The position numbers were made by a program, and so were the translations under genes. Below the pieces are notes generated by a model. It searched no databases, had not been told where the DNA came from, and was given only the letters and a program-made list of their open reading frames with translations. From Phoronis australis (lineage: Eukaryota > Animalia > Phoronida): DNA of 64,000 bases. The DNA is taken from the NCBI GenBank assembly GCA_002633005.1, contig NMRA01000053.1, positions 655,298-719,297 on the forward strand, read 5' to 3'. Positions 38,501 to 50,500 of the stretch are shown piece after piece (position 1 is the stretch's first letter; the number at the start of each line of letters is the position of its first letter).

Positions 38501-41500
38501 TATCGGTGGGGATTCCTGAATTTGACAGCGCCGCACTTATAAAAGGTTGCCCATTTTCTTCAAGACCTCTACAAAACACATCAAACGCGTGTTTTCTCTT
38601 TTTCAGTAGCTCATCAAGCAATATCTGTATTTTCTTTGAAGACATCCGTTCTGCGTCAATTGCTTCTTTTTGAGCTAGTTCCAGAATCCCCCGTTGGAAA
38701 AGGTACGGAACTAAATTCCCGTCTACATCAACATTGTCTTTAAGCCAGGTGTACAGTTTGAGAAGCACTCTCTTATGCTCGCCAGTCCATTCTGCAACAA
38801 ACCACAAAAATTTAACTTTTAAATCCTGGAAATACGAAAATTTTTATTGCCATGAGACAATTGGTTGCAATAGGTGACTCAAACCTGCATTACTTTGCAA
38901 ATTTCCTTGTTCGAGTTTCTATTGACCATTGTCGTTTTTTTCAGATAAATTTATATATGAGATTAATGGATCAATGTTCTGTCCTATAACTTAAGCAACT
39001 GGGTCACTTGAGAGAAGCGCAATTTTCATGTTGGCAGCTGTAGTTAACATATGTAAAAATGAATCATCGGCCAGTCATCAAGAAATACATAACACAACGG
39101 GATACCACGTTATTAGACCTTCCTACGGGCAGATCTTCAGAAACATGATTAGACGCCTTGAGAGCGTTCAACTGTGAAACTTTTGTTAACTGTGGATAAG
39201 AAGGTGGACTTGCCTTCTAATCAGGCGGCATGTGGCCGCTGCCTTGTGATCAGACGGCATGTGAACGCTGCCTTCTGATCAGACGGCACTGCTTTCAAAT
39301 CAGACGGCATGTGAACGTTGTGAGCTGCAGATAATGAAAAATCAGTTGCTTATGGCAAACGTTCGTATCGCTCTCACTTCAAAACCTGTATATTGAAGTG
39401 GTGGACAGTAATCTGAATCATGTCATAAACAAATTTTGCAATGTAGAGCACTAATAAAATTTTGAATTATGCGTTGATTCCACCCTCATTTCCATCATTG
39501 GCCGCAGTCGTCACTGTTGTCATCATCAATCACCACCAACATTTCTATACTTTTACACATACCTTTCATTTGTTTCCTGTTCGACATCCATCGCCATTTT
39601 GCAGTTTTCCACGTTTTCCACAGGAAGGATTGCATCTTGCTGTAGGGATGGCTTTTTGAGTGACAGTTGTTTTTCCAACAAACGCCACGTAATTGCTCCC
39701 GGTATATTGAAATAGTAGGTGGGCTCTTTTCACCCTGCCTCCTACGTCTAACAGGCGGGTCGTGGTTAGTTTGTTCTCCGAAACAACAAACGACCCCATT
39801 TTCTTGTTCGCAACCAACTGGCGTAGCTGTAGAAGCGTTCTGCTGAGCTGCATTCGACGGTAGTTTGTCCACACTCCCACATGCTGGCGTTTCGCTTTCT
39901 CTTGTCACTTCTACAGCATCTGACTGGTCCTTAGTCAACCTCTGTCCATCGCGTTCATCAACAACAGTTATTCCCTGTTAAAAATGTATTACATTGAATC
40001 ACATTTGGTCAAAAGTCTTCCACATAAAGTTGTGATGGCAGTCATGTTAAAAGCAAACAACACATTTCGCAATCACCCAAAATTGTCACTATCGCTGTTT
40101 GGGGGTTCCCAACCTCAACATTGCGACTAAACAGTTGCCAACGTTTACAGTTGTCAACGTTTTAAGTGCCTTGTGGTAATAATGTAGCTGAGTAGGCCAT
40201 TTTCTGTCATCAAGTAAGCGCTACTCTCACTAGTTAATGCCTGGCTAATGACGTTTACAATGTAGAACAGAGCACACAACTTCATTTTTCCTGACATGTT
40301 TTGAAGTACACTTCTCATTCTCAAAAGGTACAGGAGCCAGCATGATGTAAAGGTCATGGTAACAAGTAAAAGGTCATACAGGTGTGAAACATGATTGATC
40401 AAAAACATAAGTGTGAACAGGTTTCTACTCTAGACAATAACCTCAAAACAATGTGAGACCAAGTTGGTGCACCTGTACATTCAGGCATCCTTAAGTTTAA
40501 GTCCATAGGTGTGTACTCGCACTGTCCAAGATGCAAAACTTGGACACCATGCATATGTTTGTAGATGTTAGAACCTCTGTTAAATACATGTTCAGATATA
40601 CGTGTATTCACATGTAGACATTTTGGTCTTGTGTTAGCCCGATTTCGGACTAATTTCAGGTAGAAAAGGTTTCACGAAACTGGTCAAAGAACTTTTATTT
40701 GTATTTGTAATTGAATGACTGGACAGGAAGAAGAAAATTTGAAGGAGAGCAAACAACTCGATCTTTCTGTAGACGTTTAGCTCATTTCACTTTGATACAA
40801 TTCGTCAAGACCAGTTTTGAAATACAGGTTATATAACATGGCTGCTCGATTGCTGATGGAGGTAAGATTTTTTAACAATCAAGCTGTTCTATTTAAAAAT
40901 TCAATGATTTGTAGGACGTAAAATATCATGTATACTTACTTGCATGTTTTGAAACTTTTCATGGTTTTGTTTGAATGAATCAACAGGTATCTGGCCTAGT
41001 GGTTTCTTGGGTGCACCTGTAACGAATCATGTCAATGTTTCTCTATAGTTTCGCGAAGTGTCACTTTATTTCCGTCATCCAGTGGAAAAACAATATAATG
41101 AAACGGGCATGTGCTCACAGTCAGTTGCTTGAAGTCGGAGTTGGAGTTCCAGGAATCTTTAATGCTGCGTATCGGGGGTTTACGGTTTCTACAACGTGTA
41201 TTCGGTCCGATCACGACTACCAACACCTGGCAACCGAGAGGTTTTAGGAAAAATGGTTCACCCTATAGCAGAAGTCGGTACTTTAGGCAATCACATGGCA
41301 GAGGTATCAATGGTAGTATGAAAAAAATATCACTATTTCATCAAAAATTCTTAAAATGCCGAAAACTAGTGGTGGACATAGGCTAGATATCGAGGAGCAT
41401 CACCATTCACGTTCCTGCATAATGAAGTCTACAAACCTAGACCTTTAACAAAACTTCTGATTCGCAGTTATTAAACTTAGAATTCATTTGAAAACAAATG

Positions 41501-44500
41501 GATGTATCTAGCTACAAAATTCACGTTGACTAGGACCTGATTGGATTATATGAGGCACGCTATTTTAAAATGCGAAAATAAGTCTTTTGTACCATGTTTG
41601 TTAACAGCTCGAGCCAATCCACCGTCATCAAATTTCCCCACGACAGGCTTGTAGTTTTCTTCGACGCTCGTCGCTTTATCATCCGTCTTAGGTTTGAAAC
41701 TCCTATTCGATACCATCGTCTTTCCACGCTGGCCTGCATCATCTGTCTCCCAACAGCCGACACATCTAATCCCATCTTGGCCTTTGATCATTTGCTCGTC
41801 GGCATCTGGAAGGTCGGGTTTGCCGCGTTCACCCAGAACAGGCGTTCCTGTGAAGTGATTGTCTTGACGAGAGACTGACCTTTTTACATGCGTTTCCCCG
41901 TGATGTGGCTTTTCAATTTCGTCATGAATAACATATGTTGAGGACTGGGGCACTCTCTGTTCTCCCGTGCTGACCTGCGGCCGAGTCTTTTCCTAATGAA
42001 CAAACACATTTGTTCAAGCGAGACATTAAAATTTTTACAATAAAGTTGTGACATCAAACTTGGTCAGGTGTACCCATTATTTCGTAACTCTTAGCCGTAA
42101 AATTTGTTGAAATGCCCATTTTTGTTTTTGTAACTTAATATATAAAAGAATTAACAGGTGTGTACGTATTCTTAAGTAAGGGTATTATTTATATCAAGAG
42201 CTTTTGTTTTAATATCATGGATGAATTTCAACTCAAATATAATATGAAAAAATCTCTGTCAATTCCAAAATTGGTCATTAGTGTGCTTTCACAAGGGGTT
42301 GAATTCTCTGTTTAGTGCTGATAATTCCTTTGATAACGCTGAAGTTGAACGTGACATTTCCCAACGTACTTAAAGAGGCAATTCCTGATGACAGTACCAT
42401 TGTGCAACGTCTAGTACAGAGTAATTCACTTTCCCTTGTGAGGACATTTCCAGAATCACAAAATTCACGATTTTCGAAACATGCGCGAAAGAAAAACTAT
42501 GTGGTTACCCTCTCACCTTTAATAAATGCTTGAAGCCGAAGATCCAGTTGATAGATCGTCTTTTTGAAATTTGAAACTAAACGAAAATGCTTCGATATCA
42601 ATACAAACTTTTTCTAAGTGAACGAACCTGAAAAATAATTGGTGAGCAGCTTGATTTTGTGTCAGTGGCAGAGAACCACTTTCAATATTGAAATCTAGTC
42701 CGTTTATCACGTTCTAGGCTTCTTTAAAGCCTTTACGGCACGTTTTCCCCAGTGTAGCAGGAACTTTCACCTCAAACGGTATTTGAAAAAATAAATAAAA
42801 ATGTGAGGTGTAGCAGTGAGACAGTGTATTTCGAAGGTGTCTGTCAAAGGTAAGACAATGTCTACTTCTTATCATTTTGTCTCCCCTTGCAGTCCTCTTA
42901 TCACCTGGTCGTCGAAACGAACTTCTAATACTCACTTGCGTGTTTCGTTTTAGTTCGCCCGATGTCATGACATCGACCTGTTTCTTTGGTAGACTTACTA
43001 GAAGTAAAACGTTAGGATTCAAAGACTGGAAATAGAACATTGTTCATATCATGTGTTCGTGTCCAAGTATACATACACTTGGCCAGTACTCCTATTCATT
43101 CAAAGAGTAAGAGTTACGAGTCACACAAAATACACATGAAACTTCAGCTCTACTGGGAGAACTTTGTGCAGCGCTTCAACTTAAAGGGCATGTGAACATT
43201 ATTTTTTGCCCATTGGCACTGGTTCATCTACGATGCCGCAAATGGGCACTTGAAATGTTTTACATGTAACAGGTGTGGGGTGTGACTATTAGTCAGCACA
43301 TTTATAACGAAAATCAGTTATTGTTTCGTTTTTGGGGACACTAGATTTACAAGTACAATGCGCAGAGCAATTTAGAAAGTTTAAAGAGGCATGGAACGCA
43401 AAAGCTAATCAAAAAAATGTTTAAACATTTCCTGTGGAAAATACCATGTCGTAACATCTACTACAGAGTTTTTCACATTCCCTCTGAGGGAATTCCTGCG
43501 AAAACTCACAAACTTCACTCTTTTTGAAATACGCACGAAGGAAAATCTCTGTGGTCACCACAGAGTTTCCAAGATTCCTTCCACTTCTGATAAATGTGCG
43601 CATGCGCTCACAGTCATTCTAAAAACGGCTGACTGACGAGAACGATATTAACATCAGTTTATAATGTGTGACCGAAACTCCCAATCTGAGGTTGATACAG
43701 TGTGACGAAAACCAGTGAGACAAGAGATTTCCAAGAGCATTTTGGAATATATTTGAATACTACGATACCGTTGAAACTAGTTTTAAACATCAATTGCCTC
43801 TTAATACGGCTGCTCCTTGAAGTCGCCATTGTTTTGTTTACATCAAAGGTCACTTATAAGCAGGAAGGCACTACCCGATATAAAGGATATGTGCTAGATC
43901 TATGTCTAGCACTGCCATATCAAATGTGCTCGCAGGTTCCCCGTGTGTCGCTAGTGGACAATCAGGGAATCGGCGAAACCAAATAGGGGACATTATTTGC
44001 CTGGTGGAAAAAATCGACAAAGTGACGAGCTGTTGACAAATTGTTTTGTTTTTGAAATTTGAAACTAAACCAAAATTCTTTGTAATCAACAGAAAGTGAA
44101 CATGTTTGCGAACAAACCGCAGAAATATCTGGTGAACACACTGAATTCTGTTTCAGTAGCAGAGAACCACTTTGAATAAAATGATTTATTCTGTTTTTAG
44201 CGTTCCAGGCCTCTTCAAACACGGACACGGCGTGGAGCTTCATAAAACAATGACAGTTAGTGTTCATCTAAACTTTAAACCTACCCATAACCATTTTTTT
44301 GTTTCTCTATACATACACTTGTAACATTCTTCACTTGATGTTTTAGTCTTATTCATACCTTCATTAGTTACCTGTTTATGACCTATCTGCTTCATTTTAC
44401 CTTTTTCGGTTTTGCTATTGTGGTTTGATTCCTTTTCCTGATTTACTGACGCTCTAAGTACAGCTTTGGAGTTGAGCCCCTGTAGTTCTCCACTGTATGG

Positions 44501-47500
44501 AGACGGCGTAAGTAGATTGTGCTCTATATCAATCTTTTGTCCGTTGTCAACGCGGGTTATTTCACCTAAGCTATGGATAATTTGCTTCTCGACACGTAGA
44601 TCGTCTTCTCGATCCAGTTTACCAATACAGAACGGTACTACAAACACACAGTTCTGTATTGTTAGGAGCGTCGGCCAGGCATCTGAAGTCGTACTTTCTC
44701 TAAATACTTTTACCCAGTCTGGCTGTATCTTCCCAAATTCCAGATGTCCTGTTTTCTTCACAACATACGCCTCCTGTTCAATAATAAAACGGGGCTCCTG
44801 AAAATCTAAACGTTTCTCTTGTAATAATAAAATTCATTTGAACGTCTAGAGTATGCAGTCAGTACAGTCTAAGACAAGACATTTTAAAATTTGCAATCAG
44901 GTAAAGAGAACTGTTTGCTTCTAAAGTAACGGTATTCACTTACATTACACCGAGATAGTTGATGAATATTTCAATGAGGTGTTTTAAAACATTTATGTAT
45001 AAAATGTGCAATTTAAACTTAGTCCGATAAATTGTTCAAACTGGGATCACTATCAACTTTTTCATTTTGACATTAAAGCCCGTTTATCTCTGGTTGGACT
45101 GAACCTTAGGACAGAAACGCTATTCCATAAATACATTTGCCTTGTTTCATGAGATTATCAGATTGCAGTTTCCTAGAGAATTCATTGAAAGAGACGTTGG
45201 CCCAGGTTAATATCTCGATCTTGCAGCAAATGTTCACCTTTACACGCATCATTGAACGTCATCTCGAGAGAAGTTTCGTGAACAAGACTGGCATTGTTTG
45301 CAAGAAGTGTCAGTTTAAAAGGAGTTTTTGCTTCACATTCACCTATCCAAAGCTTCAAAACTAGCACGTTGCATCATGATTGCAAATGGAGCTCAGTACG
45401 TTTTTTGTTTACTATTTCTACCCAGAAAAAGCCCAGTGGCGTTCACTGACTATACACTAAAGAATGGCTTTACATTTCCTAAACACAAATTTACCAGTCA
45501 ACTAAAATCGTTAACTTCAACAATTAAAGCGACCATATCACTCCTCTCAACTTTTGGTTTAGAGTACTTACCATTTCGGAATTGGCCTCAAATTGCTTTT
45601 ATTGTCACTGGGGGTGGTTTCGGGACTTCGAAACACCTGATGGTTAGTGCTTGAGACGGGGTTTGTAATAGGCTGGCTTGTCAGGGCGTGACATTTTTCG
45701 CGCGGAGCATGAGTTACGAACTTCCAGTTCTTCGTAAGAGCTTAAGTCGGTTCTCATTTGAGTAAGAATTAAGTTGGGACCAATTTTATAGTGGTGACTG
45801 TTCGAAATCAAATGTTCGCTTCGATATTGGACGTAGCGTGTAGGTTGTGAAAATATAGTACGTCATTTTATTGTGACACAACACAAAAATGTGTTTGTTG
45901 AGATGAAATTAAGGCGATTTGAGCTTATTCAAAGTCGATTCATACGCACGTGCTCGGGTTGGGCCACTTCAAGACATAGTTCCTCTCGCACCAACCCATC
46001 TGGTGGTTCCCTTTGGTTACCTAGTAGAAAAACTAAATGCAACACCAATTAATGCCAACACACTGTAGCTCATTAGGTTCTCCAGATTGGCGTTAGTACT
46101 TCTACATGAAAAGTGAACAAATTCAGCTATCCAAATCAGCTTTGGATAATTCATTACGCTAACTATGGGGGTTGTTCTAAGACTCCCTCGACCNCACGAC
46201 GACCCAGAACCCTCTCGACCCACGACCTGTGCCAATATATGTATGTTTGCGCTTTTTACACATTCCGTAATGATATTACGTCGCTGAATGAGTCGCATGA
46301 GACTTACCTACATGTGAACCTGCTCTGGCTCAAATCTGGTGGTTACAAACAGGAGGTGGCGTAAGAACATGATTTGAAATAGTGTTCTACGAGCGGCTTC
46401 CAATGGCCCTGTTCTACTTAACTTGGGCAAAGATTACGTTAACGTGAATGAACGTATTTTCGCATTTTTATTATTTTCTTTCTGTCATATATTCGTTCAC
46501 AATACAATCTATGTAACTTTGAGATACTTTTTAGTTAACAATTTGTTTTTTAAACTGTATTTACTGAATAAATTAGTATACATATTCGTCAGTTCTTCGC
46601 ACTCTCTCTGCTTTAATCTGCCATTCATTGAAGAGCAGAGAAGACGAAAACACTTTGCCGGGAACGACATTTGTAACGTTGGTAGGTCTTTGATTTAATT
46701 TGGTCTCGTTTCTCTTTCTGTTTTTGGCTTTCAAACATGCTGAATCGACTCTCTTGATTGCAAAAAACAGGGAAACCGAGCTCACGGACCGACCCCTTTG
46801 GTCCTGCAAGTCAGCGCTTGTTCTGTGTTCAGATTGAGTCAAGTTAGACGGGGGTTGTGGGCCGTGGGTTGAGGGCCAGGGTCATAGGGGTTGTGGGTCG
46901 TGGGCCGAGGGGGTCGTGGGTCGATGGGGTCGTGGTTGTATCGACTGTGCGCGTGTTTATTGATGATGGTGTGTCGTGAATGATTTTCCTGTTCACGTAG
47001 CGTCAACGAAAACCATTAATCGTTGGAGGAACTTTAAGCTTGCATCAGCACTGCACTTAATTTGAAACTGGTTATTGCGAATAAATTAGAGCGTTATGTT
47101 CCTAAAAGCAATTAACACGATCTTCAAGAGTGCGTAGTAGTACCCTCGAAAAGGGGCCAAATTTGGCAAACTTTGGAGCAACGCATCTCATAAACAGCAG
47201 GTCGAATTCATATGAAAAGTTCAGACACCATGCATCATGCACTGCTCTTCAAAAGAGTGTTGGGAATAATTTTTTAAAATTTCCACTTTCCACGAGGGGC
47301 AATCAAAAATATGAATGTCATGATTTTTTAAGAAAAAAGTCATAAGTCGCGTCAAACAAAAATTTTAAAGAAATTATAATCCAAAAAATGTAACAGCGTT
47401 TTGAGATTTCATGTTGCACATTTATATCAAACAAAATTTGGTCATGTTATTGACACCGTTATTTTGCTTTACTAAAAAGACATGGTCACGTGACCCAGCT

Positions 47501-50500
47501 AATAACAGATTGGTGCAGTCAATAATTATATTCTACAGGCTTTCTAATTTCAGAAAATATGTACTTTTGCCAAGTTGAAATCTTTAGTTTTGTAGATATT
47601 TGACTAAATACAACGACCAATCAATAAGGTCCTGCATAACCATAAAGTCACGGCAGCGTGTTTTCAAAGTACGTTGCATAAATAAGAGCTTTTTGTACAA
47701 CGTATTATCCTGTGTTCAAAGCAACGGTGCGCTATACGAAATCCAACAAATTACCTTCACCTTGTTCTCTGTCATGTCCACATCCTTGTTTCCTCAAGCC
47801 AAGAAAGAATTCATCACCTGTGTCTTTGCCCTGTCGAGAATCATTACTCAGCAAATGAGACCGTCAAAATGGTAACGGCGCTGTTTGTCACATTCACTTG
47901 TAATCAAATTCCAGTCCCATGAAATCAAACAGCAGGACACTGAATTTTCCCGCGTTTTACACTTGTTCCGATCAGTAACTGGTCGGATGTCTGTGACGTT
48001 TTCTTCGTGATCACCCTTTATGGGTCATCCCTGGAGATGTCTCATGAGAGACGAAGTTCCGGATAATTGTATTGTATATATTTTTGTTATGTGATTTGAA
48101 TATGAAGCCGGTAATATTGACTTTTTGTGCTATCCTCACTGTCATGAGCATGGGTCATCTTTTACAACAATTGAGGCCTGACCTGATATCAGCCTGCCGT
48201 AAAATTAGAGATTTTATCTATTAAGGCCATTAAATACAAATGGAATATAGTGTTCAACAAAACTTGTTTTAAGGAACATTTGCTGATACTCTGTCATCAT
48301 CTGTATTACAACTACCTGACGGGATGACAATGTCGTTGAATAACGTTTTAACGTTATCCGTTTAGCCCTTCCTAACTCCAAAGAAATGAATGAAATACCT
48401 GGTTTTCAACTTCTTTGACCATTTCTATTCCGTCAGCTGGTTGCCTTGAATGACCTGGCGGCAATAAAAAGTGCAATTTTTGTTGAACATAAGCTGTTTA
48501 ATAAATGAGTTATCAATTGAACTTAAAGTGACTCAACTCCAAAATGAGCCTCAGTATAATATGCTAGCTAACGTCTAACGTGATGACGAAAACTTGAAAT
48601 TTGAGAAAAAACCAACAGAATGCAAAGATACATCATTTCAAACTCCATAATCGAGTGAACATTGGCTCATGATACAAATGAAACAAGTCACTGTCTTAAC
48701 TGAAGACTTTGCCCACATAAAAATGCATTGTCAGCATCTGGAGAACTTCCTTTGCAACGTTTTTTAGTCCTGTGGATATTTAGTCAGCAAAAGGTCCATA
48801 TCAACAGAAATTCGAGCAACCCCCCATATTGAAGGCTGGGTACGTGCATGTATTGTGCTATACGCGCCTTGAAACGGCGTTAAATGTAAGACTAGCGGAA
48901 AGCACGAGTTCCATTCTCCTTACGCACTTGTGCAATGTGCAAAACAATGTAGAAGCTCAAAGTTATCCAACAGAAAGTCGCATCATTAAATGCTTTAATT
49001 TGAATCTGCTAATACAAAGCCCTCAACGTATTTTCACCTTTTGTTCTATTTTGCTTGTCGGCACCTTGGTTTTGGTATTCCGGTCTTTTCCATTTGTGTG
49101 CTTCGGGCGATAATTTAAGCTCAGAATTGGCTTTCAATCTTGGTGTTTCTTCGCCAATTGGTACCAGCCTACTTGAACTGTTGCGTCTGTCAACCGTTTC
49201 CCGGTCGTCGACATCTGTCGTTCCGTCGAGCTCGAAGATGTTCCCCATTCCTTGCCTTTTCACCAAATTTGACGTTTCACTTTCTACCTCCGCCTCTCTA
49301 GCTTCTGGTAGGATGTCGAGCATCCGCTGCCCTCCCTCAGTTTCCTGTGCAAGGAAAAGTTGATCTTACAAATCTTCGAATGAAACAAAAACATTTTCGA
49401 ACAACATGAATACACAGCATGCCTATTTTGAACAAAGAGTGATAGAAAGAATGGGGGCAATATGCTAGCGTTACAGTTATTTGCGAACGAATTCAAATTA
49501 TTTAACTAAACCAGAGTACACTCAAGTCACAACTGTATAAGATATTCCGGAAGTGTCCACGAAGTAATACACATACCAGAAATAGATTTAGTAGAGACTA
49601 ATGGCGTTGTCTTATTCCAAGGAGACCAAAACGATAACGAATGTACTTCCACAAACGCCGCATCGGTCCCTTGTGCAATTACATGATTTACACAGTGGGC
49701 ACTTTTGCTCTGGCTACGTCCGTTGCTCAAATTGCACGCACTTCTGTTTTGTTAATTGTTCTTCAAATTGGCGCATCAGCTGTGTCAAAAATCATCCTAT
49801 ACTACACATATAAAGCTGAATGAATTTGATGCCTAATCACAAATATGTTATGTTGAGACACCTGTGATATTTTTCCTAACTTGAAATTAGGACTTGCCAA
49901 TAAAATGTTATGATTCGTGGAATGAGAATAACATAAGTTTCATCTTTTGATACTCATATTATAGAGTATGTATACATTGTAATTGGAAAACCTGAATTGT
50001 ATACATGTGTATCATTATACTTCACAATGAACTGACCTGAAAACACCCAACATTTATACAATATTATTTCTTTTAGCTTCTGTACATGGGAACAATCACA
50101 TTTTTGGTAACACACTATACATTTGCACTTTGATGCATGAAAAAGATGTTGGGTGGACTAACAACAGTTTGGCAATAGAAGCCATCGTGTAAAATCAGTA
50201 AACTGAAACTAAAATGGTCCATTTGCAGTTTTGTTAGTCACGCAATGAGCTTGCTTGTACTTGGATTTGTAAGTGTAGCCACTCTCACGGTATAGTCCCC
50301 TGATACGCTGTAGAATGCAACAATTACGTTGCTAGGGCTCTTCTAAAATGTAACAAGTTGATACATTTTTTGTAATTGTTACAATTCACGTTGAATGCGC
50401 GTGCAAGAAATGTAGCATTAATACATTTTACGAAAGCCACGTCATATTTCATGAGTTTGCATAGTGTTTGTAACAGTTGCTACATTTTACGAAATTGTTT

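Noticed and set aside
39220-39320. ~29-bp repeats as a CRISPR array
   Set aside because: Units are head-to-tail with no unique spacers, there are no cas genes, and the context is a eukaryotic intron.
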